From positions 11,284,001-11,348,000 of the forward strand of contig OZ024757.1 of assembly GCA_964016885.1 (NCBI GenBank): a DNA stretch of 64,000 nt. The letters are read 5' to 3'. The stretch is from Eledone cirrhosa (lineage: Eukaryota). Each line of letters begins with the position of its first letter. Position 1 is the stretch's first letter. This document shows, piece by piece, positions 33,503 through 46,865 of this stretch. The notes under the pieces are model-generated. The model was not told where the DNA came from, made no database searches, and saw nothing but the letters and a program-made list of their open reading frames with translations. A program made the position numbers and the translations under genes.

Positions 33503-36500
33503 TGTAGCAAGAGTTGCCTCCCTTGCCATGACAATATCATCACCGCTCTCTAGACAGGAAGTAGGTGGAGTTGCTTCCCTTTGGGATTGACAGACTCCCT
33601 GTCAATCAATTTCTATAGGCCTAAAAGTTTTCTATAGGCGTTTCATTCCTCATTGTGCTAATTGGCTATCTTCCCTTACTGACATTTTAAAAAATCGTCG
33701 TAAGAAGAATAAAGACATTTCCTTGACACAAGGACAGCTTCAGGACTTCCAGTCTGCCAAGACAACACTCGCTAGTTCTTCTTTGCTATCCCACCCGGTA
33801 CCAGAGGCCAAGCTTTCGCTTTGTGTTGATGCATCTGATACCGTTGTGGGAGCAGTTTTACAGCAGTCTTACGCTGAAAACCAACAACCTTTGGCATTTT
33901 TCTCGAGGAAGTTGAAACCAGTAGAAACGCGTTATAGCACGTTTGGGCGGGAATTATTAGCCATATATCTGTCGGTGAAACATTTCTCTCATATCCTTGA
34001 GGGGAGAAATTTTACGGTTTTTACCGACCACAAACCATTGACCTTCGCTTTGAGGGCCAAAGCCGACAGATATTCGCCCAGAGAGACAAGGCACCTGGAC
34101 TACGTTTCACAATTTACAAACGATATCCAGCACATTGCCGGCTCGCCAACATAGTTGCAGACGCATTATCACGTTTGCCAATTAGCTCCATCTCGTCATC
34201 CCAGGAGATTGACTTAGGTCGTTTAGCTGCAGACCAACTTGCACTCCAATCGTTGGACACTCCTTTCTACTGAATTTGCGACTTGCATTTTCAAATATCT
34301 GCCCTTGTCCACCACCGACAGGCAGATTCTTTGTGATGTATCTACGGATGCACCACGACCACTTGTTCCTGAGACTCACCGTCGAATTGTGTTCCTGGCT
34401 TTGCACAACATTTCTCATCCAGGATCTGCTGCCACAGTTAAACTCATAACAGCCAGATTCTTCTGGCCAAATATGAGGCGCGACATTGCTGCTTGGTGCC
34501 GTTCCTGTATCGCTTGCCAGAAATCGAAGATCCATAGACACGTCCGGACTCCACTTGGTACTTTCAGTACTCCAGATGCTCGGTTCCAACACATCCACAT
34601 TGACATCGTTGGACCTTGGCCATTCAGCAGTGGATATTCCTACATATTGACGTGTGTCGATCGTTTTTCGCGATGGCCTGAAGCCATCCCTTTACAAGAC
34701 ATGACTGCTTAGACTGTAGCACGTGCCCTGGTATCAGGGTGGATTACCTGCTTTGGGGTACCAACTACACTCACTACAGACCGCGGTAGACAATTCGAGT
34801 CCCATCTCTTCTCTGAGCTCACCAAAATAATTGGAGCTCAACGGATTCGGACCACAGCCTATCATCCTGCTTCAAATGGAATGGTGGAACGATTCCACCG
34901 TCAATTAAAGGCCGCTCTTCGCGCCTATCCAGACTCTCAACGTTGGAGCGAGTACCTTCCTATTGTGTTATTAGGAATTCGGTCATCAATAAAGGAGGAC
35001 CTTGGGTTCTCCCCGGCCGAATTAATTTACGGTGCTCCTCTAGCGTTGCCTGGGCAAATGCTTGCCCCTGTTGATCTTGCTTTCCAAGATCCGCTTTCCT
35101 ACGTATCCCGTCTGCGTTCTTATTTTCAGGACCTGCCGCCGATGGATACGAGGAAGCAAACTGTAAAATTTGCGGTCCCGAGGGACATTGCCTCGTGGAC
35201 CCATGTGTTTGTAAGGAACGATGCTGTGAGACCACCCCTCACACAACCATACTCTGGACCCTACCGTGTGTTAGCAAGCACTGACAAACATTTCACTGTA
35301 GACGTTAAGGGGTCCAGAGAGACAATTTCGGTGGATAGACTGAAAAGGGCACACAATGACGCTCATACACCGGAGCCACAAATACCCCAATCTTTCTCTC
35401 TTGTGCATACACGTGCTCCTTCTGCCCCACCTTCACCTACATACAAGACTACGACCCGTTCCGGTCGGAGAGTCCACTGGCCCAAAAAGTTCTGCCAAAC
35501 TATTTTTATGTGAACTGGCCATTGGAGCCTTATATATATATTTTTTTCTTGCTGTTCTTGTTATTTATTGATTTATTGTATTACAATGTACCTCTCATTA
35601 CCATTTCACTGGATGTATATATATGTTTTTCGTTTCCTTTACAACGAACATTTTAAGCTATATTCTTCTATTTGCCGGTTTATAAATTTACCACGTAAAT
35701 TTGCCGTTGAAAACCGCGCATTTATTAAGAATGCTTATTTCTCTGGTCGCTGGCCTCTTGACCCTTCCAGGTCAACGCATTCACAACATCAACAACACAC
35801 AACACAGCTTCACCAACAGCTAAAACCAGCAGAACAAGCCAGACAATTTATTTCTGCAGCACTCTGCCTGTGAGAAATTCCCTTCGGAAGTTGGAAATTT
35901 CATGTTATACCACAGACCAGAAACCACCTGCATTCATTCTCTGGAACACATTCTTTACTGCTGTCATGTGACTGCACACATGTTAACTGTATTTTAGATA
36001 TTTGAACTTTTGTCCTCTTCTCTTACTTTCATTACTTTGTACCATAATTTCCATGCCTCTTACATGCTCGCCATCTTACTCCATGCATGCTTCTTTCGAT
36101 TTTTATGTTTTAAAAATCTGGCGGGGGATAATGTAGCAAGAGTTGCCTCCCTTGCCATGACAATCTCATCACCGCTCTCGAGACAGGAAGTAGGTGGAGT
36201 TGCTTCCCTTTGGGATTGACAGACTCCCTGTTGGTCACTTCCGGTCAACTCATATAAAAGGAGCAGTTTACCACGAAATCTCTCTCTTGCCTCCTGATCC
36301 CTGAAGTGGTAACACCTGCGACCTTAGCTGGCGATGATTCCTTCTTGATGACCCTTTCGTTACCAAGAACAATGCAACTTGCAGCATGAGATGAGAGCCT
36401 AAGATGTCAATACCAGCTAGAAAAGATCTCTTCTTTTCTCTACCAACTCCAGCTTTGTATCATGACCATCGGGTAACAAATCCATATATTTAATGCCTTT

Positions 36501-36596
36501 GACTTCCATGACGTAAAAACTTTATTATAACACACGCACCGGTATTTACTGTCTTTTATATTATGTTGTATGTACACCGATACTAATTTCCTAAAG
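33503..36596 (+). mobile_element. Ty3/Gypsy LTR retrotransposon, gag-PR-RT deleted; RNase H and integrase pseudogenised
   Basis: 5' LTR stub 33503-33602 matches 36132-36231 (2 mismatches). [79 protein letters not shown] precedes the 3' LTR. The 3' LTR end is approximate. Confidence 0.92.
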
Positions 36597-36719
36597 TATA
36601 TACGTGTGTTTAATTGTAGCTATGGTGCTTCCATAGCCGGTATGCCAAAATTAGCACTCAATGTTCTTACAGAGCAGAGTGTGAATAGTATAAAAAAATG
36701 CTCTCAAATATTATAAAGC

Positions 36720-37192
36720 TGAGCGTCGTCTCTTTCACCCTCTCTATAATTTAACTGCGTTACTCTCTCTCTCTCTCTTCACTCTCTATATGACAACACT
36801 CTTTTACTTTCCGTAGAGATGAGCGTCGTGTGTAAATTCGGCTCTCTCTAATAGACCATTCCCCCTCTCTATAATTTAACTACTTTACTCTCTCTGTCTC
36901 TCTTCACTCTCTATATGACAGCAGGTAATACATACATCAAAAGGCAACCCTGACAAATATAATTATGTATCCCAGACACTTTTTCTGTCGTCACTCGCAT
37001 AACACACACACACACATACATACACAAATACACACACACACACACACAGACGCACACATACACAAACACACAAACACACACATCTATACTTTATATGTAT
37101 GTAAGATCGTTCCCCCTCTTTATAATTTAACTGCTTTACTCTCTCTGTCGCTCTTCACTCTCTATATGACAACACTGTTTTAGTTTCCGTAC
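36720..37192. repeat. Three dispersed copies of a ~70-bp pyrimidine-rich unit plus (CA)n
   Basis: CTCT.TATAATTTAACT.C.TTACTCTCT..CTCTTCACTCTCTATATGACA at ~36740, 36865 and 37115. Confidence 0.7.
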
Positions 37193-37217
37193 TCCCTTCA
37201 ATATATACAGAGAGAGA

Positions 37218-37257
<40 letters not shown>

Positions 37258-37394
37258 GGGAAAGATTAGGAAAACTACACACACACATCTACAGAGAGAG
37301 AGACAGAAAAACAGAGGGAGGGGAAAATAGAGAGATAGGCCGTTAGACAGAGAGTGATACAATTAAAGTGTTAGTTATTCAGAGAGAGAGAGAG

Positions 37395-37800
37395 AAGGAC
37401 AATGTGACAAGAGTCGCACCCAGTCGCTGGTTCGATTTGATTCCAGTGCACTCCCAATCGACGAAGCAAGGGCATCGGCTACCGGCACACGGGCTGCTCT
37501 CGGGATCCTGAGTGGTATCTTCCGGCACCGCCTGAGTCGAGCGATGATGACCAGTGACGCTAGGGCATCAGGCAAGCTCACTGTCTCATCTGGTAGTGTG
37601 CTAGATGGCCGTGGCTGGGCAGACAAAGAGAAGACAGTTTCAGCTTCTCCACTATGCGAGGTGCTGCAGGCGTCGACTGGTGGGGATAGAGGATAGGGCG
37701 TGGGGCACGGAGCAGCATCAGGGGTGAGTGGCTGGCTGCCACCAGCCTAGGTGCTAGGCACAACTGTGTGGGTGGAAGGGAAAATGCTGAGAAGAGGGCC
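37395..37800 (-). mobile_element. Possible CRE/SLACS-like non-LTR retrotransposon fragment (pre-RT region)
   Basis: GC-rich island. LRIPRAARVPVADALASSI..DWVRLL resembles the RIP..AR..A..L..W..LL block recalled from such elements. Abuts (GA)n. Confidence 0.35.
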
Positions 37801-38545
37801 TCATAGCTCACCTACATCAGATATGGAGGCATCAGAAGACAAGAGAGAAAAGAAGAGGGTGCATGGAGGGGGACACACAAGAAGGTAGAATGTTAGCAAA
37901 TAAATAAATGAATGAATGGATGAATTTACAAAAAAGAAAACAGGGGATTGTTCCCAGCGGGAAGACCCAGAGTTCAGCACGCACACATGAGAGCATGTTA
38001 GCAGTTTCTCATAGAACCTTGTGGCTAAAGGCGAGTCTTTCAATCCTGAAAACATATGTGTTGTTGTTATTGTCACTGGTGGTAGTTGAAACTGCTTCCT
38101 ATTCGGGCTGCCAGGCTGGTTGCTGGGACTCGAACGACTTCTATAACCGAAGATGCGGGGGTCGTTGTTATTGTCACTGTTGTTGTCGTTGCCTTCCTCT
38201 TGTTAATGGTAGTGATAATTGTAGGTGCTACCTATATTAGCTGTCATGCTGGCTGCTGTATCAGCTTCTGTGAGTGACACTCCAATGGCCTTCTTGACCA
38301 AAGATGTAGGTCAATGGCTTTTGTCATCGTTTGGCAACACAACGGCAAATAAATATATTCTCTATTTTTCTTTTCTCTCTTTCTAATCCGATTTAATATC
38401 ATCAATTGGAAAGTCCAATGGAAACATTGTTTCCTTGGTCCAATCTGATGAGTTCCACTCCACTTGGTAAGTAAGAACTGAGATGTTGAGATTTATTACA
38501 AAAAAATCACTAAAATCAAGATACTGCGTTGGTATAACTACCTGG

Positions 38546-38763
38546 TTTGTATGTGTTGTGGTGTGGTATGTGGTGTGTTGTGGTGTGGTATGTGGTGTGG
38601 TGTGGTATGTGGTGTGGTATGTGGTGTGGTGTTTTGATGTGGTGTGATGTGTTGTGGTATATGGTGTGGTGTGGTGTGTGTTGTGGTGTGTTGTGGTATG
38701 ATGTGTGGTGTGTTGTGGTATGTGGTGCGTTGTGGTGTGGTATGTAGTGTGTGTGTGTGTGTG
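38546..38763. repeat. (GTGTG/GTATG)n pentamer microsatellite
   Basis: Direct reading. Confidence 0.9.
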
Positions 38764-39101
38764 CAGGATGATGTGCAGTGTAAAGAGGAAATTTTACACA
38801 CCTAGGACCTAGAAGGGGTGTGTGAGGACTCTACCCCTACAACTCTCTCAGAAATAAATGGCTGAAGAAAAAGAGAAGAAAGTTGTAAAGTATTTTCAAA
38901 TGTGAATTATTTTTTTAAAAAGTCAAAATTTCAACTGTCATGAAAGTACCACCCAACAAATATTAAAGTTATGCAATTGTTTTTATTTACACATGTGGAT
39001 ATTTTGTCATAAATGTAAATATAAACCAGTTAAGGTTTACTAAATAAACACATATAAACACATCGATGCTTTTTTTTTTTTTTTTTTTTTTTTAATGATG
39101 T

Positions 39102-39782
39102 AGTCATAGGGGTGTCACTGTGGACATTTGAAGCTTGGTGGAGCCCTTCACTCTCCAGGTTTGAACAGTTGATTTCTTCCAGAGAAGGAGAGAGAATGAG
39201 AGGGAGGAAGTGAGATAGAAATATATAGAGGAAGCACAGACCCCAGGGATAGACTGGTATTGTTTTTTATTAACCTTGAATGGAGGACAGAAAGTTGACC
39301 TCAGCAGGATTTAAGCTCAGAGAGCAGAGAACCAGGATAAATATGGCAGAAAGCATTCTATCCATTGTTTTATAGACTTTAAATAAATGTTTCTACTTTT
39401 GACTCAAGGCCAGCAATTTGAAGAGAAAGGGGAATGGCAATTAAATCAGGCCCAGTGCATTACTGTTACTGTTTTTTTTATCAACCTTGAATGAATGAAA
39501 GTCAAAGTTGACCATGGCATGATTTAAACCCAGAACATAGAGGACTGTAACTTTATGACACAAAGCATATCGTCTGGAACTCTACTGATTCTGCAAATCC
39601 ACCACCCTCAACAATGAAATAAGATTGTGTCTCTGTAAGAGCCCTTAATGACAAATAATATGAAGGGGTACTTTCTACAGGGTGTATTTGTTAATTACAA
39701 TACAAAACCTCTGAGAATGATTTCCAACATATTTCACCACAATAAATGTTCATCAATATATATTAATATTATTATTATTTTC
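39102..39782. repeat. Segmental duplicate of 4292-4932 including minus-strand SINEs
   Basis: AGTCATAGGGGTGTCACTG...ATTATTATT is shared with 4292-4932. Confidence 0.85.
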
Positions 39783-39952
39783 TGCTAGCATGTGTAGTGT
39801 GCATATTGATATTATACACAGGTATATATATATACATGTAGATATGATACATCAAATAAAATCGTAATTGACAATATATAATACATTGAAATTGAACGGA
39901 GACTGTGTTACACTGTCTTATGTAATCAGTAACTTAATCCATGATACATTAA

Positions 39953-40247
39953 AGGCACTACAACGGAATTGACTGTCAGAAGTGAAAGTAGAAGAATGTG
40001 ACGTCAATCTGACGTCATTCGTCAACCTTCGTATATTTCCGTATCCCCAACACCACCATGTGTAAATAAATAAACTTTGAAATCACCACGTTGATGTAAA
40101 ACTTGGTTTTTCACTTTGGGATAATACACGTATTTGCAACTTATTTATGTTTATTTACGTTTAGCGTAATCGATTTGTTTCCATTCCGAAGCAGTAACTC
40201 TTCGAATATTTCAATAAATATTAACGAGCCAATTCCGTTGTAGTGCC
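39953..40247. mobile_element. MITE with 18-bp TIRs (possibly Kolobok-type)
   Basis: GGCACTACAACGGAATTG (39954-39971) / CAATTCCGTTGTAGTGCC (40230-40247). The left end follows TTAA-A; the right TSD is absent. Confidence 0.7.
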
Positions 40248-40599
40248 AGACACTTCACTTCACATTGCTCCAGTACACCTAGTTACACATAGCCAGATAT
40301 ATACATACACATATATACACGTATATACACATATGTACACGGATAGAAATAAGAGGTAGATAGAGTGATAGATGTAAAGAGAGAAGGAGAAATAAGACGG
40401 AAACAGTAATAGAAGTAAAGAGAGGGGAGAATTAAGCGGAAGATAGTGTAATAGATGTAAAGAGAGTGTGAGAAATAAGAGGGAGATGGAGTAATAGATG
40501 TAAAGAGAGGGGGAAAAGGACGAGTTAGATAGACTGAAAAATGTAAAGAGAGGGGGAGAGTGTGACACGCATTTATCTGTCTGTCTCTCTTTATGTTTG

Positions 40600-40930
40600 C
40601 CCCTTCCTTATATCGTAGTCTCTCACCGCTCCTCCGCAAAGCCGATCGCCGCGCCCTCTTTGCTCCTTTTCAGTAACCCGCACTAAGTAAAAAGAGTAGG
40701 AGATAACTCGAGAAGAGCCGGAGAGGGTCAAATTCGAACCATTTAAAGTCGTAGGCCCCTGAGGTTCGTAAGCGGAGCTGCTACTCACTGAGCAACGCAG
40801 GCAGCAAGGCAAATCGCGCAAAAAAATAAGGCTTATATCGAGTAAAAAACAAAAATGTCCCTGTCTGTCGCCATCTTGTTTGTTGTTCTTTTATTTTACG
40901 TAAACATTCGCTGCTCTAGCGTCTTATTTC
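40600..40930 (-). promoter_or_regulatory. CpG-rich putative promoter and non-coding first exon
   Basis: Local CpG enrichment, YY1-type AAGATGGCG at 40869-40877 (minus), donor-like CA|GTGAGT at 40783-40788 (minus). Confidence 0.55.
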
Positions 40931-41208
40931 CTATTAAATTACATTTAATTCCATTAAACATTCATTCTTTATCATGGTAAACTACTCCATCTTTATTTAT
41001 ATCAATGCTACAGCCTTTTATTTCTACATCTTTCACGTATACCGACTGTTGCACCGGTAGTATAAGTAGCTTTATAACAAGAAACGATGATATAACTCCA
41101 CAAAATGTGTTCTTGAGCAAGACACTTCACTTCACATTGCTCCAGTACACCTAGTTACACATAGACAGATACATACATACACATATATACACATATATGT
41201 ACACGGAT

Positions 41209-42001
41209 AGAAATAAGAGAGGGTGAGAGATAATAGGGAGATAGAGTAATAGATGTAAAGAGAGGGTGAGGGATAAGAGGGAAATAGAGTAATAGATGTA
41301 AAGAGAGGGTGAGAGATAATAGGGAGATAGAGTAATAGATGTAAAGAGAGGGTGAGGGATAAGTGGGAGATAGAGTAAAAGATGTAAAGAGAGGGTGAGA
41401 GATAAGAGGGTAATAGAGTAATAGATGTAAAGAGAGGAGGAGGGATAATATGGAGATAGAGTAATAGATGTAAAGAGAGGGTGAGGGATAAGTGGGAGAT
41501 AGAGTAAAAGATGTAAAGAGAGGGTGAGAGATAAGAGGGTAATAGAGTAATAGATGTAAAGAGAGGGGGAGGGATAATATGGAGATAGAGTAATAGATGT
41601 AAAGAGAGGGTGAGGGATAAGAGGGAGATAGAGTAATAGATGAAAAGAGAGGGTGAGGGATAAGAGAGAGATAGAGTAATAGATGTAAAGAGAGGGGGAG
41701 GGATATTAGGGAGATAGAGTAATAGATGTAAAGAGAGGGGGAGAGATACGAGGGAGATAGAGTAATAGATGTAAAGAGAGGGTGAGGGATAAGAGGGAGA
41801 TAGAGTAATAGATGTAAAGAGAGGGTGAGGGATAAGAGGGAGATAGAGTAATAGATGTAAAGAGAGGGGGAGGGATAAGAGGGAGATAGAGTAATAGATG
41901 TAAAGAGAGGGGGAGGGATAAGAGGGAGATAGAGTAATAGATGTAAAGAGAGGGGGAAGGATAAGAGGGAAATAGAGTAATAGATGTAAAGAGAGGGTGA
42001 G
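41209..42001. repeat. 43-bp purine-rich minisatellite, ~18 copies
   Basis: GATAAGAGGGAGATAGAGTAATAGATGTAAAGAGAGGG(T/G)GAGG. Older copies lie at 40345-40560. Confidence 0.95.
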
Positions 42002-42044
42002 CACGTTCAACTAGGCAGTCAATACTAAAGTTCAACATGGTAGC

Positions 42045-42537
42045 CAGAGGTCCCAACCACCCTCACGAGCATCACCAGTTACCTCGGGTGATGGCAAGGG
42101 TGAGATCCGGCAGCAGCCAAGCGCCCCCATGTGGAACATTACCTGTTACATCGGGTGTTGGCACCGTTGGGTGCTGGAATAGCCAAGCACCCTCAACAGG
42201 AGTAACATCATTTATTTCTGTTGATGGCAAGGCTGAGGTGCTGGAATAGCCAAGCGCTCTCATGAAGAGCATCAGCAGTTACCTCGTGTGATGGCGAGGT
42301 TGAGGTGCTGCAACAGTCAAGCGTCCTCACGAAGAACATCACCAGTTACCTATGGTGATGGCGAGGGTTAGATCTGGCAGCAGCCAAGCGCCCCCGAAGA
42401 ACATCTGTTACCTCGGGTTTTGGCGCGGCTGTAGTGCTGGGATAGTCAAGTGCCATCACGAACATCACCAGTTACCTCGGGTGGTAGCGAGACTGATGTG
42501 CCGCAATAGCCAACCGCCCTCATGAGCATCACCAGTC
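42045..42537. repeat. GC-balanced degenerate minisatellite, ~60-70 bp unit, ~7-8 copies
   Basis: Recurrent CATCACCAGTTACCTCGGGTGATGGC..GG.TGAG.T.C.G.A..AGCCAAGCGCCC. Confidence 0.8.
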
Positions 42538-42539
42538 AG

Positions 42540-45500
42540 AAGAGTTCTAGTCCTTTAGAAGCCATTTCTGCATTAAATATTGTACATACACTACTATTTC
42601 GTTCAAATTAATGAGTTGTAGCACTGTAGAAGCTATTTATCTAATAAATATTGCATATAATCTATTAATACTCTTCAAATTAAAGAGTTCTAATGCAGTA
42701 AAAGCCGTTTCTGTATTAAATATTGCATTCATACTGCTATTTACTACAAATTAAAGAGTTCTTGTCCTTAAGAAGCCATTTCCATATTAAATATGGCATA
42801 TAATGTACTATTTCCTTTGAATTAAAATTTCTAGTCCTTTAGAAGCCATTTCTGCATTAAATATTGCGTATACTCTACCATTTCCTTCGAATTTATGGGT
42901 TCTAGATCTATTGAAGCTGTTTCCCTATTAAATATTGCCTATACTGTACTATTTCCTTTGAATCGACGAGTTCTAGTCTTTTAGAAGCAATTTCTGTATT
43001 AAATATTGCACATACATTACTATTTCCCTCGAATTAATGAGATTTAGTCCTTTAGAAGCCATTTCCGTATTAAATATGGCATATAATCTACTAATACCCA
43101 TCAAATTAAAGAGTTCTACTGCTTGAGAAGCCATTTCTTTATTAAATATGGCATATATACTAGTATTTCCTACAATTATATTAGTTTTACTCCCTTAGAA
43201 TCCAGCCCTTTCTTAAATATTTCTGTATTAAATATGGCATATAATCTACTAATATACTTCATATTAATGACTTCTAGCCCTTTACAAGCCATTTCTGTAT
43301 TAAATATTGCATATAATGTACTATTTCCTTCGAATTAATGAGCTTTTGCCCTTTAGAAGCCATTTCTATATTAAATGTTGCATATAATCTACTAATATCC
43401 TTCAAATCAGTGAGTTTTAGTCCTGTAGAAGCCATTTCTTTATTAAGTATGGCATATATACTACTATTTCCTTCGAATTAATGAGCTTTACTCCTTTAGA
43501 GACCATTTCTGTATTATATGTGGCATATAATCTACTCTTTCCTATGAATTGAAGGTTTCTAGTCTTTTAGAGGCAATTTCTGTATTAAATATAGCATATT
43601 ATCTATTAATGCCCCTCATATTAATCAGTTTCAGCCCTGTAGAAGTTATTTCTGTATTAAATATTGCATATACACTACTATTTCTTTCGAATTAATGAGT
43701 TCTAGCCCTGAGGAATCTATTTACGTATTAAATATTGCATATAATCTATCAATTACCTTCAAATTAAAGAGTTCTAGTGCTTCAGAAGCCATTTCCGTAT
43801 TAAATATTACATATATACTACTATTTCCTCCAAATATATTAGTTCTAGTCCTTTCAGAGTAATTTCTGTATTGAATATTGCATATACTGTACTATTTCCT
43901 TAAAACTAAAGAGTTCTAGTGCTTTAGAAGCCATTTATTTATTAAATATTGCATATACTCTACTATTTCCATCAAATTAAAGAGTCCTAGTATTTTAGAG
44001 ACTATTTCTGTATTAAATATTGTGTATACTCTACTAGTTCCTTCGAATTACTGGTTTCTAGCTCTGCGGAAGCTATTTCTGTATTAAATATTACATATAT
44101 ACTTCTATTTCCTCCAAATATATTAGTTGTCATCCTGTAGAAGACATTTCTGTATTAAATATACGATATATACTACTATTTGATTCGATTTAAAGAGTTC
44201 TAGTCCTTTAGAAGCCATTTCTGTATTAAATATAGCATAAAATCTAGTAATACCCTTCAAATTAATGACTTTCAGCCCTGTAGAAGCCATTTCTGTATTA
44301 AATATTGCATATACACTAATATTTCGTTCAAATTAATGAGTTGTAGCACTGTAGAAGCTATTTATCTATTAAATATAGCATATAATCTATTAATACTCTT
44401 CAAATTAAAGAGTTTTAATCCTGTAGAAGCCGTTTCTGTATTAAATATTGGATTCATACTACTATTTACTACAAATTAAAGAGTTCTTGTCCTTAAGAAG
44501 ACATTTCCATATTAAATATGGCATATAATGTACCAATTCCTTTGAATTAAAATTTCTAGTCCTATAGAAGCCATTTCTGCATTAAATATTGCGCATACTC
44601 TACTATTTCCCTCAAATTTATGGGTTCTAGCTCTGTTGAAGCTGTTTCTCTATTAAATATTGCCTATACTGTACTATTTCCTTTGAATTGACGAGTTCTA
44701 GTCATTTAGAAGCAATTTCTGTATTAAATATTGCACATATATTACTATTTCCCTCGAATTAATGAGCTTTAGTCCTTTAGAAGCCATTTCCATATTAAAT
44801 ATGGCATATAATCTACTAATACTCTTCAAATTAAAGAGTTCTACTGCTTTAGAAGCCATTTCTTTATTAAATATGGCATATATAATAGTATTTCCTACAA
44901 TTATATTAGTTTTACTCCCTTAGAATGCATTCCTTTCTCAAATATTTCTGTATTAAATATGGCATATAATCTACAAATATCCTTCAAATTAATGACTTTT
45001 AGGCCTTTACAATGTATTAATGTATTAAATATTGCATATAATGTAATATTTCCTTCGAATTAATGAGCTTTACTCCTTTAGAGACCATTTCTGTATTATA
45101 TGTGGCATATAATCTACTATTTCCTATGAATTGAAGGTTTCTAGTCTTTTAGAAGCAATTTCTGTATTAAATATAGCATATTATCTATTAATGCCCCTCA
45201 TATTAATGAATTTCAGCCCTGTAGAAGTTATTTCTGTATTAAATATTGCATATACACTACTATTTCCTTCGAATTAATGAGTTCTAGGCCTGAGGAATCT
45301 ATTTACATATTAAATATTGCATATAATCTATTAATATCCTTCAAATTAAAGAGTTCTAGTGCTTCAGAAGCCATTTCCGTATTAAATATTACATATATAC
45401 TACTATTTCCCCCAAATATATTAGTTCTAGTCCTTTGAGAGTAATTTCTGTATTGAATATTGCATATACTGTACTATTTCCTTAAAATTAAAGAGTTCTA

Positions 45501-46860
45501 GTGCTTTAGAAGCCATTTCTGTATTAAATATGGCATATATACTACCAATATCCTTCAAATTAAAGAGTTCTACTGCTTTAGAAGCCATTTATTTATTAAA
45601 TATTGCATTTACTCTACTATTTCCATCAAATTAAAAAGTCCTAGTATTTTAGAGGCCATTTCTGTATTAAATATTGTGTATACTCTACTATTTACTTCGA
45701 ATTACTCGTTTCTAGCTCTGCGGAAGCTATTTCTGTATTAAATATTACATATATACTTCTATTTCCTCCAAATATATTAGTTTTCATCCTGTAGAAGGTG
45801 TTCCTCTATTAAATATACGATATATACTACTATTTGATTCGATTTAAAGAGTTCTAGTCCTTCAGAAGCCATTTCTGTAGTAAATATGACATATAATCTA
45901 ATAATACCCCTGTGGCAGTTGTCTCCCTTGTTGTGACTCACAACCCCAATAGATTAACAACATCTAGACGGGAAGTAGAACCCTTTCTGTAACTTCCGGT
46001 CAGAACCCTATAAAACTAACAACTTTAAGTTCTCACTCTCTCATTTGCCCTTCCGGCATCTGGCCTTCGCCAGGCGTCTTCTGCCAGCCCGCGTTTGCCT
46101 GGCAATCAAAACGGTAACTACTAACTTTGTTTCATTCTTTCGTTTATTCATTGACATGTCAACTATACTGTTAACTTGTTGATTAAATATTATACACACA
46201 AACCATGTCTCTTTGTTACATTCATACACACCAGTACACCGCTAGAGTTCTTCGCTATACCCCTCATATTAATGAGTTTTAGTCTTGTAGAACCAATTTC
46301 TGTATTAAATAATTCATATATACTACTATTTGATTCAAATTAAAGAGTTCTAGTCCTTTAGAACCCATTTCTGTATTAAATATGGCATATAATCTACTAA
46401 TACCCCTCATATTAATGAGTTTTAGTCTTGTAGAAGCCATTTCTGTATTAAATATGGCATATATACTACTAATACACCTCATATTAATGAGATTTTAGTC
46501 TTGTAGAAGGCATTTCTGTAGTAAATATTGCATATATACTACTATTTGATTTGAATTGAAGAGTTTTAGTCATTTAGAACCCATTTCCGTATTAAATATG
46601 GCATATAATCTACTAATACCCCTCATATAAATGAGTTTTAGTCTTGTAGAAGCCTTTTTCTGTATTAAATATTGGATATACAGTATATTTCCATCTAATT
46701 AAAGAGATCTCTTCATTTAGAAGCCATTTGCGTATTAAATATGGCATATAATCTACTAATACTCCTCATATTAATGAGTTTTAGTCTTGTAGAAGCCATT
46801 TCTGTATTAAATATTGCATATATACTACAATTTCATTCTAATTAAAGAGTTCTAGTCCTT
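42540..46860. repeat. ~71-bp AT-rich satellite with ~1.7-kb higher-order repeat
   Basis: TTAAAGAGTTCTAGTCCTTTAGAAGCCATTTCTGTATTAAATATTGCATA... with period 70-72. The variant run at 42601 recurs at 44326. Confidence 0.95.
45911..46259 (+). mobile_element. Solo LTR (Gypsy-related) inserted in the 71-bp satellite
   Basis: TGTGGC...GCTATA ends, CCCC TSD on both sides, TATAAAA. Shares CTCCCTTG, AGAC.GGAAGTAG, ACTTCCGGTCA and GTACACCG with the 36132 LTR. Confidence 0.85.
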
Positions 46861-46865
46861 ATATA

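Noticed and set aside
38404-38495. CTGATGA-GTTC...GAAC hammerhead candidate, sharing ~45 bp with 23933-23980
   Set aside because: GAAA is replaced by TGAGA and there is no valid stem III/NUH; at best a decayed relic.
41132-42056. 292-aa repetitive ORF
   Set aside because: It is the pyrimidine strand of the 43-bp minisatellite; the unit is not a multiple of 3 and there is no domain signal.
42540-46860. Derivation of the 71-bp satellite from the 84-bp zinc-finger unit
   Set aside because: Only AGAAGCCAT is shared; period and remaining sequence do not match.
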